A stretch of DNA of 64,000 nt from Eledone cirrhosa (taxonomy: Eukaryota). The notes under the pieces were generated by a model. The model saw only the letters and a list, made by a program, of their open reading frames with translations, did no database searches and was not told the origin of the DNA. Positions 29,101 through 44,100 of this stretch are shown piece by piece. The number at the start of each line of letters is the position of its first letter. Position 1 is the stretch's first letter. Where the stretch lies: positions 8,184,001-8,248,000 of the forward strand of contig OZ024740.1 in assembly GCA_964016885.1 (NCBI GenBank). Direction: 5' to 3'. A program made the translations under genes and the position numbers.

Positions 29101-32100
29101 ATTGGTATATCAGTTTCGATTAGTATGTCAGTTTCTTTTGGTATGTTAGTTTCAATTAGTATATCAGTTTCTATTGGTATGTCAGTTTCGATCGGTATGT
29201 CAGTTTCTATTGATATATCAGTTTTGATTGGTATGTCAATTTCTATTGGTATATCAGTTTCTATTGGTATGTCAGTTTTGTTTTGTATATCAGTTTCGAT
29301 TGGTATGTCAGTTTTGATTGGTATGTCAGTTTCGATTGGTATATCAGTTCCGATTGGTATGTAAGTTTTGATTGGTATGTCAGTTTCGATTGGTATATCA
29401 GTTTCGATTGGTATATCAGTTTCGATTAGTATGTCAGTTTCTATTGTTATGTTAGTTTCAATTAGTATATCAGTTTCTATTGGTATGTCAGTTTCGATTG
29501 GTATGTCTGTTTCTATTGATATATCAGTTTCGATTGGTATATCAGTTTTGATTGGTATATCAGTTTCGATTGGTATGTCAGTTTCTATTGGTATATCAGT
29601 TTCGATTGGTATATCAGTTTCGATTAGTATGTCAGTTAATATTGGTATGTTAGTTTCGCTTAGTATATCAGTTTTTATTGGTATGTCAGTTTCGATCGGT
29701 ATGTCAGTTTCTATTGATATATCAGTTTTGATTGGTATATCAGTTTCGATTGGTATATCTGTTTCAATTGGTATGTCAATTTCTATTGGTATATCAGTTT
29801 CCATTGGTATGTCAGTTTTGATTGGTATATCAGTTTGAATTGGTATGTCAGCTTCGATTGGTATGTCAGTTTTGATTGGTATATCAGTTCCGATTGGTAT
29901 GTCAGTTTTGATTGGTATATCAGTTTCTATTGGTATATCATTTTCGATTGGTATATCAGTTTCGATTGTTATATCAGTTTTGATTGGTATATCAGTTTCG
30001 AATGGTATGTCATTTTCGATTGGTATATCAGTTTCGATTAGTATGTCAGTTTCTATTAGTATGTTAGTTTCGATCAGTATATCAGTATCTATTAGTATGT
30101 CAGTTTTGATTGGTATATCAGTTTCGATTGGTATGTCAGTTTCTATTGGTATATCAGTTTCTACTGGTATGTCAGTTTTGATTGGTATGTCAGTTTTGAT
30201 TGGTATGTCAGTTTTGATTGGTATATCAGTTTCGATTGGTATATCAGTTTCGATTGGTATGTCAGTTTATATTAGTATATCATTTTCTTCTGGTATGTCA
30301 GTTTTGATTGGTATGTCAGTTTTGATTGGTATGTCAGTTTTGATTGGTATATCAGTTTCGATTGGTATGTCAATTTCGATTGGTATATCAGTTCCGATTC
30401 GTATGTCAATTTCGATTGGTATATCAGTTTCGATTAGTATGTCAGTTTCTATTGCTATGTTAGTTTCGATTAGTATATCAGTTTCTATTGTTGTTAGTTT
30501 CGATTGGTATGTCTGTTTCTATTGATATATCAGTTTCGATTGGTATATCAGTTTTGATTGGTATATCAGTTTCGATTGGTATGTCAGTTTCTATTGGTAT
30601 ATCAGTTTCGATTGGTATATCAGTTTCGATTAGTATGTCAGTTTCTTTTGGTATGTTAGTTTCAATTAGTATATCAGTTTCTATTGGTATGTCAGTTTCG
30701 ATCGGTATGTCAGTTTCTATTGATATATCAGTTTTGATTGGTATGTCAATTTCTATTGGTATATCAGTTTCTATTGGTATGTCAGTTTTGTTTGGTATAT
30801 CAGTTTCGATTGGTATGTCAGTTTTGATTGGTATGTCAGTTTCGATTGGTATATCAGTTCCGATTGGTATGTCAGTTTTGATTGGTATATCAGTTTCTAT
30901 TGGTCTATCAGTTTCGATTGGTATGTCAATTTCTATTGGTATATCAGTTTCTATTGGTATGTCAGTTTTGATTGGTATATCAGTTTCGATTGGTATATCA
31001 GTTTCGATTGGTATGTCAGTTTTGATTGGTATGTCAGTTTCGATTTGTATGTCAGTTCTGATTGGTATATCAGTTTCGATTGGTATGTCAGTTTCGATTA
31101 ATATGTCAATTTCTATTGGTATATCAGTTCCGATTGTTTTTTTAGTTTCGATTGGTATGTCAGTTTCTATTGGTATATCAGTTTCCAATGGTATATCAGT
31201 TTCGATTGGTATATCAGTTTCGATTGGTATGTCAATTTCTATTGGTATATCAGTTTCCAATGGTATGTCAGTTTTGATTGGTATAAAAGTTTCGATTGGT
31301 ATGTCAGTTTCGATTGGTATGTCAGTTTCGATTGGTATATCAGTTCCGATTGGTATGTCAGTTTCTATTGGTATATCAGTTTCTACTGGTATGTCAGTTT
31401 TGATTGGTATGTCAGTTTTGATTGGTATGTCAGTTTTGATTGGTATATCAGTTTCGATTGGTATATCAGTTTCGATTGGTATGTCAGTTTATATTGGTAT
31501 ATCATTTTCTTCTGGTATGTCAGTTTTGATTGGTATGTCAGTTTTGATTGGTATGTCAGTTTTGATTGGTATATCAGTTTCGATTGGTATGTCAATTTCG
31601 ATTGGTATATCAGTTCCGATTCGTATGTCAATTTCGATTGGTATATCAGTTTCGATTAGTATGTCAGTTTCTATTGCTATGTTAGTTTCGATTAGTATAT
31701 CAGTTTCTATTGTTGTTAGTTTTTCGATTGGTATGTCTGTTTCTATTGATATATCAGTTTCGATTGGTATATCAGTTTTGATTGGTATATCAGTTTCGAT
31801 TGGTATGTCAGTTTCTATTGGTATATCAGTTTCGATTGGTATATCAGTTTCGATTAGTATGTCAGTTTCTTTTGGTATGTTAGTTTCAATTAGTATATCA
31901 GTTTCTATTGGTATGTCAGTTTCGATCGGTATGTCAGTTTCTATTGATATATCAGTTTTGATTGGTATGTCAATTTCTATTGGTATATCAGTTTCTATTG
32001 GTATGTCAGTTTTGTTTTGTATATCAGTTTCGATTGGTATGTCAGTTTTGATTGGTATGTCAGTTTCGATTGGTATATCAGTTCCGATTGGTATGTAAGT

Positions 32101-35100
32101 TTTGATTGGTATGTCAGTTTCGATTGGTATATCAGTTTCGATTGGTATATCAGTTTCGATTAGTATGTCAGTTTCTATTGTTATGTTAGTTTCAATTAGT
32201 ATATCAGTTTCTATTGGTATGTCAGTTTCGATTGGTATGTCTGTTTCTATTGATATATCAGTTTCGATTGGTATATCAGTTTTGATTGGTATATCAGTTT
32301 CGATTGGTATGTCAGTTTCTATTGGTATATCAGTTTCGATTGGTATATCAGTTTCGATTAGTATGTCAGTTAATATTGGTATGTTAGTTTCGCTTAGTAT
32401 ATCAGTTTTTATTGGTATGTCAGTTTCGATCGGTATGTCAGTTTCTATTGATATATCAGTTTTGATTGGTATATCAGTTTCGATTGGTATATCTGTTTCA
32501 ATTGGTATGTCAATTTCTATTGGTATATCAGTTTCCATTGGTATGTCAGTTTTGATTGGTATATCAGTTTGAATTGGTATGTCAGCTTCGATTGTTATGT
32601 CAGTTTTGATTGGTATATCAGTTCCGATTGGTATGTCAGTTTTGATTGGTATATCAGTTTCTATTGGTATATCATTTTCGATTGGTATATCAGTTTCGAT
32701 TGTTATATCAGTTTTGATTGGTATATCAGTTTCGAATGGTATGTCATTTTCGATTGGTATATCAGTTTCGATTAGTATGTCAGTTTCTATTAGTATGTTA
32801 GTTTCGATCAGTATATCAGTATCTATTAGTATGTCAGTTTTGATTGGTATATCAGTTTCGATTGGTATGTCAGTTTCGATTGGTATGTCAGTTTCGATTG
32901 GTATGTCAGTTCCGATTGGTATGTAAGTTTTGATTGGTATGTCAGTTTCGATTGGTATATCAGTTTCGATTGGTATGTCAATTTCAATTAGTATATCAGT
33001 TCCTATGGGTATATCAGTTTCGATTGGTATGTCAGTTTCGATTAGTATATCAGTTTCTATAGGTATGTCAGTTTCTATTGGAATATCAGTTTCGATTGGT
33101 ATGTCAGTTTCTATTGGTATATCAGTTTCTACTGGTATGTCAGTTTTGATTGGTATGTCAGTTTTGATTGGTATGTCAGTTTTGATTGGTATATCAGTTT
33201 CGATTGGTATATCAGTTTCGATTGGTATGTCAGTTTATATTAGTATATCATTTTCTTCTGGTATGTCAGTTTTGATTGGTATGTCAGTTTTGATTGGTAT
33301 GTCAGTTTTGATTGGTATATCAGTTTCGATTGGTATGTCAATTTCGATTGGTATATCAGTTCCGATTCGTATGTCAATTTCGATTGGTATATCAGTTTCG
33401 ATTAGTATGTCAGTTTCTATTGCTATGTTAGTTTCGATTAGTATATCAGTTTCTATTGTTGTTAGTTTCGATTGGTATGTCTGTTTCTATTGATATATCA
33501 GTTTCGATTGGTATATCAGTTTTGATTGGTATATCAGTTTCGATTGGTATGTCAGTTTCTATTGGTATATCAGTTTCGATTGGTATATCAGTTTCGATTA
33601 GTATGTCAGTTTCTTTTGGTATGTTAGTTTCAATTAGTATATCAGTTTCTATTGGTATGTCAGTTTCGATCGGTATGTCAGTTTCTATTGATATATCAGT
33701 TTTGATTGGTATGTCAATTACTATTGGTATATCAGTTTCTATTGGTATGTCAGTTTTGTTTGGTATATCAGTTTCGATTGGTATGTCAGTTTTGATTGGT
33801 ATGTCAGTTTCGATTGGTATATCAGTTCCGATTGGTATGTCAGTTTTGATTGGTATATCAGTTTCTATTGGTCTATCAGTTTCGATTGGTATGTCAATTT
33901 CTATTGGTATATCAGTTTCTATTGGTATGTCAGTTTTGATTGGTATATCAGTTTCGATTGGTATATCAGTTTCGATTGGTATGTCAGTTTTGATTGGTAT
34001 GTCAGTTTCGATTTGTATGTCAGTTCTGATTGGTATATCAGTTTCGATTGGTATGTCAGTTTCGATTAATATGTCAATTTCTATTGGTATATCAGTTCCG
34101 ATTGTTTTTTTAGTTTCGATTGGTATGTCAGTTTCTATTGGTATATCAGTTTCCAATGGTATATCAGTTTCGATTGGTATGTCTGTTTCTATTGATATAT
34201 CAGTTTCGATTGGTATATCAGTTTTGATTGGTATATCAGTTTCGATTGGTATGTCAGTTTCTATTGGTATATCAGTTTCGATTGGTATATCAGTTTCGAT
34301 TAGTATGTCAGTTAATATTGGTATGTTATTTTCGCTTAGTATATCAGTTTCTATTGGTATGTCAGTTTCTATTGATATATCAGTTTTGATTGGTATATCA
34401 GTTTTGATTGGTATATCTGTTTCAATTGGTATGTCAATTTCTATTGGTATATCAGTTTCCATTGGTATGTCAGTTATGATTGGTATATCAGTTTCGATTG
34501 GTATGTCAGCTTCGATTGGTATGTCAGTTTTGATTGGTATATCAGTATCTATTGGTATATCATTTTCGATTGGTATATCAGTTTCGATTGGTATATCAGT
34601 TTCGATTAGTATGTCAGTTTCTATTAGTATGTTAGTTTCGATCAGTATATCAGTATCTATTAGTATGTCAGTTTCGATTGGTATGTCAGTTTCTATTCAT
34701 ATATCAGTTTTGATTTTTATATCAGTTTCGATTGGTATATCAGTTTCGATTGGTATGTCAGTTTCGATTGGTATATCAGTTTCTATTGGTATGTCAGTTT
34801 TGATTGGTATATCAGTTTCGATTGGTATGTCAGTTTCGATTGGTATGTCAGTTTCGATTGGTATATCAGTTCCGATTGGTATGTCAGTTTCGATTGGTAT
34901 GTCAGTTTCGATTGGTATGTCAGTTCCGATTGGTATGTAAGTTTTGATTGGTATGTCAGTTTCGATTGGTATATCAGTTTCGATTGGTATGTCAATTTCA
35001 ATTAGTATATCAGTTTCTATGGGTATATCAGTTTCGATTGGTATGTCAGTTTCGATTAGTATATCAGTTTCTATAGGTATGTCAGTTTCTATTGGAATAT

Positions 35101-38100
35101 CAGTTTCGATTGGTATATCAGTTTCGATTGGTATGTCAGTTTCTATTGGTATATCAGTTTCTACTGGTATGTCAGTTTTGATTGGTATGTCAGTTTTGAT
35201 TGGTATGTCAGTTTTGATTGGTATGTCAGTTTCGATTGGTATGTCAGTCTCGATTGGTAAATCAGTTTCGATTGGTATGTCAATTTCGATTGGTATATCA
35301 GTTTCGATTAGTATGTCAGTTTCTATTGGTATGTTAGTTTCGATTAGTATATCACTTTCTATTGGTATGTCAGTTTCGATTGGTATGTCTGTTTCTATTG
35401 ATATATCAGTTTCGATTGGTATGTCAGTTTCTATTGGTATGTTAGTCTCGATTGGTATATTAGTTTTGATTAGTATGTCAGTTTCTATTGGTATGTTAGT
35501 TTCGCTTAGTATATCAGTTTCTATTGGTATGTCAGTTTTGATTGGTATATCAGTTTCGATTGGTATATCAGTTTCGATTGGTATGTCAATATCTATTGGT
35601 ATATCAGTTTCCATAGGTATGTCAGTTTTGATTGGTATATCAGTTTCGATTGGTCTGTCAGTTTCGATTGGTATGTCAGTTTCGATTGGTATTTCAGTTC
35701 CGATTGGTATGTCAGTTTTGATTGGTATATCAGTTTCTATGGGTATATCAGTTTCGATTGGTATATCAGTTTCAATTGTTATATCAGTTTCGATTGGTAT
35801 ATCAATTTCGACTGGTATATCAGTTTCGATTAGTATATCAGTTTCTATTGGTATGTCAGTTTCTATTGGTATATCAGTTTCGATTGGTATATCAGTTTCG
35901 ATTAGTATGTCAGTTTCTATTAGTATGTTAGTTTCGATTAGTATATTAGTATCTATTAGTATGTCAGTCTCGATTGGTATGTCAGTTTCTATTCATATAT
36001 CAGTTTCGATTGGTATATCAGTTTCGATTGGTATATCAGTTTCGATTGGTATGTCAGTTTCCATTGGTATATCAGTTTCTATTGGTATGTCAGTTTTGAT
36101 TGGTATATCAGTTTCGATTGGTATGTCAGTTTCGATTGGATTGTCAGTTTCGATTGGTATATCAGTTCCGATTGGTATGTCTGTTTCGATTGGTATGACA
36201 GTTTCGATTGGTATATCAGTTCCGATTGGTATGTAAGTTTTGATTGGTATGTCAGTTTCGATTGGTATATCAGTTTCGATTGGTATATCAGTTTCGATTA
36301 GTATGTCAGTTTCTATTGTTATGTTAGTTTCAATTAGTATATCAGTTTCTATTGGTATGTCAGTTTCGATTGGTATGTCTGTTTCTATTGATATATCAGT
36401 TTCGATTGGTATATCAGTTTTGATTGGTATATCAGTTTCGATTGGTATGTCAGTTTCTATTGGTATATCAGTTTCGATTGGTATATCAGTTTCGATTAGT
36501 ATGTCAGTTAATATTGGTATGTTAGTTTCGCTTAGTATATCAGTTTTTATTGGTATGTCAGTTTCGATCGGTATGTCAGTTTCTATTGATATATCAGTTT
36601 TGATTGGTATATCAGTTTCGATTGGTATATCTGTTTCAATTGGTATGTCAATTTCTATTGGTATATCAGTTTCCATTGGTATGTCAGTTTTGATTGGTAT
36701 ATCAGTTTGAATTGGTATGTCAGCTTCGATTGGTATGTCAGTTTTGATTGGTATATCAGTTCCGATTGGTATGTCAGTTTTGATTGGTATATCAGTTTCT
36801 ATTGGTATATCATTTTCGATTGGTATATCAGTTTCGATTGTTATATCAGTTTTGATTGGTATATCAGTTTCGAATGGTATGTCATTTTCGATTGGTATAT
36901 CAGTTTCGATTAGTATGTCAGTTTCTATTAGTATGTTAGTTTCGATCAGTATATCAGTATCTATTAGTATGTCAGTTTTGATTGGTATATCAGTTTCGAT
37001 TGGTATGTCAGTTTCGATTGGTATGTCAGTTTCGATTGGTATGTCAGTTCCGATTGGTATGTAAGTTTTGATTGGTATGTCAGTTTCGATTGGTATATCA
37101 GTTTCGATTGGTATGTCAATTTCAATTAGTATATCAGTTCCTATGGGTATATCAGTTTCGATTGGTATGTCAGTTTCGATTAGTATATCAGTTTCTATAG
37201 GTATGTCAGTTTCTATTGGAATATCAGTTTCGATTGGTATATCAGTTTCGATTGGTATGTCAGTTTCTATTGGTATATCAGTTTCTACTGGTATGTCAGT
37301 TTTGATTGGTATGTCAGTTTTGATTGGTATGTCAGTTTTGATTGGTATATCAGTTTCGATTGGTATATCAGTTTCGATTGGTATGTCAGTTTATATTAGT
37401 ATATCATTTTCTTCTGGTATGTCAGTTTTGATTGGTATGTCAGTTTTGATTGGTATGTCAGTTTTGATTGGTATATCAGTTTCGATTGGTATGTCAATTT
37501 CGATTGGTATATCAGTTCCGATTCGTATGTCAATTTCGATTGGTATATCAGTTTCGATTAGTATGTCAGTTTCTATTGCTATGTTAGTTTCGATTAGTAT
37601 ATCAGTTTCTATTGTTGTTAGTTTCGATTGGTATGTCTGTTTCTATTGATATATCAGTTTCGATTGGTATATCAGTTTTGATTGGTATATCAGTTTCGAT
37701 TGGTATGTCAGTTTCTATTGGTATATCAGTTTCGATTGGTATATCAGTTTCGATTAGTATGTCAGTTTCTTTTGGTATGTTAGTTTCAATTAGTATATCA
37801 GTTTCTATTGGTATGTCAGTTTCGATCGGTATGTCAGTTTCTATTGATATATCAGTTTTGATTGGTATGTCAATTTCTATTGGTATATCAGTTTCTATTG
37901 GTATGTCAGTTTTGTTTGGTATATCAGTTTCGATTGGTATGTCAGTTTTGATTGGTATGTCAGTTTCGATTGGTATATCAGTTCCGATTGGTATGTCAGT
38001 TTTGATTGGTATATCAGTTTCTATTGGTCTATCAGTTTCGATTGGTATGTCAATTTCTATTGGTATATCAGTTTCTATTGGTATGTCAGTTTTGATTGGT

Positions 38101-41100
38101 ATATCAGTTTCGATTGGTATATCAGTTTCGATTGGTATGTCAGTTTTGATTGGTATGTCAGTTTCGATTTGTATGTCAGTTCTGATTGGTATATCAGTTT
38201 CGATTGGTATGTCAGTTTCGATTAATATGTCAATTTCTATTGGTATATCAGTTCCGATTGTTTTTTTAGTTTCGATTGGTATGTCAGTTTCTATTGGTAT
38301 ATCAGTTTCCAATGGTATATCAGTTTCGATTGGTATATCAGTTTCGATTGGTATGTCAATTTCTATTGGTATATCAGTTTCCAATGGTATGTCAGTTTTG
38401 ATTGGTATAAAAGTTTCGATTGGTATGTCAGTTTCGATTGGTATGTCAGTTTCGATTGGTATATCAGTTCCGATTGGTATGTCAGTTTCTATTGGTATAT
38501 CAGTTTCTACTGGTATGTCAGTTTTGATTGGTATGTCAGTTTTGATTGGTATGTCAGTTTTGATTGGTATATCAGTTTCGATTGGTATATCAGTTTCGAT
38601 TGGTATGTCAGTTTATATTGGTATATCATTTTCTTCTGGTATGTCAGTTTTGATTGGTATGTCAGTTTTGATTGGTATGTCAGTTTTGATTGGTATATCA
38701 GTTTCGATTGGTATGTCAATTTCGATTGGTATATCAGTTCCGATTCGTATGTCAATTTCGATTGGTATATCAGTTTCGATTAGTATGTCAGTTTCTATTG
38801 CTATGTTAGTTTCGATTAGTATATCAGTTTCTATTGTTGTTAGTTTTTCGATTGGTATGTCTGTTTCTATTGATATATCAGTTTCGATTGGTATATCAGT
38901 TTTGATTGGTATATCAGTTTCGATTGGTATGTCAGTTTCTATTGGTATATCAGTTTCGATTGGTATATCAGTTTCGATTAGTATGTCAGTTTCTTTTGGT
39001 ATGTTAGTTTCAATTAGTATATCAGTTTCTATTGGTATGTCAGTTTCGATCGGTATGTCAGTTTCTATTGATATATCAGTTTTGATTGGTATGTCAATTT
39101 CTATTGGTATATCAGTTTCTATTGGTATGTCAGTTTTGTTTTGTATATCAGTTTCGATTGGTATGTCAGTTTTGATTGGTATGTCAGTTTCGATTGGTAT
39201 ATCAGTTCCGATTGGTATGTCAGTTTTGATTGGTATATCAGTTTCTATTGGTCTATCAGTTTCGATTGGTATGTCAATTTCTATTGGTATATCAGTTTCT
39301 ATTGGTATGTCAGTTTTGATTGGTATATCAGTTTCGATTGGTATATCAGTTTCGATTGGTATGTCAGTTTTGATTGGTATGTCAGTTTCGATTTGTATGT
39401 CAGTTCTGATTGGTATATCAGTTTCGATTGGTATGTCAGTTTCGATTAATATGTCAATTTCTATTGGTATATCAGTTCCGATTGTTTTTTTAGTTTCGAT
39501 TGGTATGTCAGTTTCTATTGGTATATCAGTTTCCAATGGTATATCAGTTTCGATTGGTATATCAGTTTCGATTGGTATGTCAATTTCTATTGGTATATCA
39601 GTTTCCAATGGTATGTCAGTTTTGATTGGTATAAAAGTTTCGATTGGTATGTCAGTTTCGATTGGTATGTCAGTTTCGATTGGTATATCAGTTCCGATTG
39701 GTATGTCAGTTTTGATTGGTATATCAGTTTCTATTGGTATATCAGTTTCGATTGCTATGTCAGTTTCGAATGGTATGTCAATTTCGATTGGTATATCAGT
39801 TTCGATTAGTATGTCAGTTTCTATTGGTATGTTAGTTTCAATTAGTATATCAGTTTCTATTGGTATGTCAGTTTCGATCGGTATGTCAGTCTCTATTGAT
39901 ATATCAATTTTGATTGGTATATCAGTTTCGATTGGTATATCAGTTTCGATTGGTATGTCAATTTCTATTGGTATATCAGTTTCTATTGTTATGTCAGTTT
40001 TGATTGGTATATCAGTTTCGATTGGTATGTCAGTTTCGATTGGTATGTCAGTTTCGATTGGTATATCAGTTCCGATTGTTATGTCAGTTTTGATTGGTAT
40101 ATCAGTTTCTATTGGTATATCAGTTTCGATTGGTAAGTCAATTTCTATTGGTATATCAGTTTCTATTGGTATGTCAGTTTTGATTGGTATATCAGTTTCG
40201 ATTGGTATATCAGTTTATATTGGTATGTCAGTTTTAATTGGTATGTCAGTTTCGATTGGTATGTCAGTTTTGATTGGTATATCAGTTTCGATTGGTATGT
40301 CAGTTTCGATTAATATGTCAATTTTGATTGGTATATCAGTTCCGATTGGTATTTTAGTTTCGATTGGTATGTCAGTTTCGATTGGTATATCAGTTCCGAT
40401 TGGTATTTTAGTTTCGATTGGTATGTCAATTTCGATTGGTATATCAGTTTCGATTAGTATGTCAGTTTCTATTGGTGTGTTAGTTTCGATTAGTATATCA
40501 CTTTCTATTGGTATGTCAGTTTCGATTGGTATGTCTGTTTCTATTGATATATCAGTTTCGATTGGTATATCAGTTTTGATTGGTATATCAGTTTCGATTG
40601 GTATGTCAGTTTCTATTGGTATATCAGTTTCGATTGGTACATCAGTTTCGCTTAGTATATCAGTTTCTATTGGTATGTCAGTTTTGATTGGTATATCAGT
40701 TTCGATTGGTATATCAGTTTCGATTGGTATGTCAATATCTATTGGTATATCAGTTTCCATAGGTATGTCAGTTTTGATTGGTATATCAGTTTCGATTGGT
40801 CTGTCAGTTTCGATTGGTATGTCAGTTTCGATTGGTATTTCAGTTCCGATTGGTATGTCAGTTTTGATTGGTATATCAGTTTCTATGGGTATATCAGTTT
40901 CGATTGGTATATCAGTTTCAATTGTTATATCAGTTTCGATTGGTATATCAATTTCGACTGGTATATCAGTTTCGATTAGTATATCAGTTTCTATTGGTAT
41001 GTCAGTTTCTATTGGTATATCAGTTTCGATTGGTATATCAGTTTCGATTAGTATGTCAGTTTCTATTAGTATGTTAGTTTCGATTGGTATATCAGTTCCG

Positions 41101-44100
41101 ATTGGTATGTAAGTTTTGATTGGTATGTCAGTTTCGATTGGTATATCTGTTTCGATTGGTATATCAGTTTCGATTAGTATGTCAGTTTCTATTGTTATGT
41201 TAGTTTCAATTAGTATATCAGTTTCTATTGGTATGTCAATTTCGATCGGTATGTCAGTTTCTATTGATATATCAGTTTTGATTGGTATATCAGTTTCGAT
41301 TGGTATATCATTTTCGATTGGTATTTCAGTTTCTATTGGTATATCAGTTTCTATTGGTATGTCAGTTTTGATTGGTATGTCAGTTTCGATTGGTATGTCA
41401 GTTTTGATTGGTATAACAGTTTCGATTGGTATGTCAATTTCGATTAATATGTCAATTTCGATTGGTATATCAGTTCCGATTGGTATGTCAGTTTCGATTG
41501 GTATGTCAGTTTCGATTGGTATATCAGTTTCGATTGGTATGTCAGTTTCGATTGGTATGTCAATTTCGATTGGTATATCAGTTTCGATTAGTATGTCAGT
41601 TTCTAATGGTATGTTAGTTAGAATTAGTATATCACTTTATATTGGTATGTCAGTTTCGATTGGTATGTCTGTTTCTATTGATATATCAGTTTCGATTGGT
41701 ATATCAGTTTTGATTGGTATATCAGTTTCGATTGGTATGTCAGTTTCTATTGGTATATCAGTTTCGATTGGTATATCAGTTTCGATTAGTATGTCAGTTA
41801 ATATTGGTATGTTAGTTTCGCTTAGTATATCAGTTTTTATTGGTATGTCAGTTTCGATCGGTATGTCAGTTTCTATTGATATATCAGTTTTGATTGGTAT
41901 ATCAGTTTCGATTGGTATATCTGTTTCAATTGGTATGTCAATTTCTATTGGTATATCAGTTTCCATTGGTATGTCAGTTTTGATTGGTATATCAGTTTGA
42001 ATTGGTATGTCAGCTTCGATTGGTATGTCAGTTTTGATTGGTATATCAGTTCCGATTGGTATGTCAGTTTTGATTGGTATATCAGTTTCTATTGGTATAT
42101 CATTTTCGATTGGTATATCAGTTTCGATTGTTATATCAGTTTTGATTGGTATATCAGTTTCGAATGGTATGTCATTTTCGATTGGTATATCAGTTTCGAT
42201 TAGTATGTCAGTTTCTATTAGTATGTTAGTTTCGATCAGTATATCAGTATCTATTAGTATGTCAGTTTTGATTGGTATATCAGTTTCGATTGGTATGTCA
42301 GTTTCGATTGGTATGTCAGTTCCGATTGGTATGTCAGTTCCGATTGGTATGTAAGTTTTGATTGGTATGTCAGTTTCGATTGGTATATCAGTTTCGATTG
42401 GTATGTCAATTTCAATTAGTATATCAGTTCCTATGGGTATATCAGTTTCGATTGGTATGTCAGTTTCGATTAGTATATCAGTTTCTATAGGTATGTCAGT
42501 TTCTATTGGAATATCAGTTTCGATTGGTATATCAGTTTCGATTGGTATGTCAGTTTCTATTGGTATATCAGTTTCTACTGGTATGTCAGTTTTGATTGGT
42601 ATGTCAGTTTTGATTGGTATGTCAGTTTTGATTGGTATATCAGTTTCGATTGGTATATCAGTTTCGATTGGTATGTCAGTTTATATTGGTATATCATTTT
42701 CTTCTGGTATGTCAGTTTTGATTGGTATGTCAGTTTTGATTGGTATGTCAGTTTTGATTGGTATATCAGTTTCGATTGGTATGTCAATTTCGATTGGTAT
42801 ATCAGTTCCGATTCGTATGTCAATTTCGATTGGTATATCAGTTTCGATTAGTATGTCAGTTACTATTGCTATGTTAGTTTCGATTAGTATATCAGTTTCT
42901 ATTGTTGTTAGTTTCGATTGGTATGTCTGTTTCTATTGATATATCAGTTTCGATTGGTATATCAGTTTTGATTGGTATATCAGTTTCGATTGGTATGTCA
43001 GTTTCTATTGGTATATCAGTTTCGATTGGTATATCAGTTTCGATTAGTATGTCAGTTTCTTTTGGTATGTTAGTTTCAATTAGTATATCAGTTTCTATTG
43101 GTATGTCAGTTTCGATCGGTATGTCAGTTTCTATTGATATATCAGTTTTGATTGGTATGTCAATTTCTATTGGTATATCAGTTTCTATTGGTATGTCAGT
43201 TTTGTTTGGTATATCAGTTTCGATTGGTATGTCAGTTTTGATTGGTATGTCAGTTTCGATTGGTATATCAGTTCCGAATTGTATGTCAGTTTTGATTGGT
43301 ATATCAGTTTCTATTGGTCTATCAGTTTCGATTGGTATGTCAATTTCTATTGGTATATCAGTTTCTATTGGTATGTCAGTTTTGATTGGTATATCAGTTT
43401 CGATTGGTATATCAGTTTCGATTGGTATGTCAGTTTTGATTGGTATGTCAGTTTCGATTTGTATGTCAGTTCTGATTGGTATATCAGTTTCGATTGGTAT
43501 GTCAGTTTCGATTAATATGTCAATTTCTATTGGTATATCAGTTCCGATTGGTTTTTTAGTTTCGATTGGTATGTCAGTTTCTATTGGTATATCAGTTTCC
43601 AATGGTATATCAGTTTCGATTGGTATATCAGTTTCGATTGGTATGTCAATTTCTATTGGTATATCAGTTTCCAATGGTATGTCAGTTTTGATTGGTATAA
43701 AAGTTTCGATTGGTATGTCAGTTTCGATTGGTATGTCAGTTTCGATTGGTATATCAGTTCCGATTGGTATGTCAGTTTTGATTGGTATATCAGTTTCTAT
43801 TGGTATATCAGTTTCGATTGCTATGTCAGTTTCGAATGGTATGTCAATTTCGATTGGTATATCAGTTTCGATTAGTATATCAGTTTCTATTGGTATGTCA
43901 GTTTTGATTGGTATATCAGTTTCGATTGGTATGTCAGTTTCGATTGGTATGTCAGTTTCGATTGGTATATCAGTTTGAATTGGTATGTCAGCTTCGATTG
44001 ATATGTCAGTTTTGATTGGTATATCAGTTCCGATTGGTATGTCAGTTTTGATTGGTATATCAGTTTCTATTGGTATATCATTTTCGATTGGTATATCAGT

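Noticed and set aside
37612-41112. Long + strand ORFs of (M/I)SVSIG repeats (1166 aa here; also 2314-5154, 11719-14262 and others) as protein-coding genes
   Set aside because: The 18-bp consensus has no stop in this frame, so long ORFs are expected. They begin and end at sporadic variants (ATGTAA) or indels, have no unique domain, and the same sequence is open in several frames on both strands.
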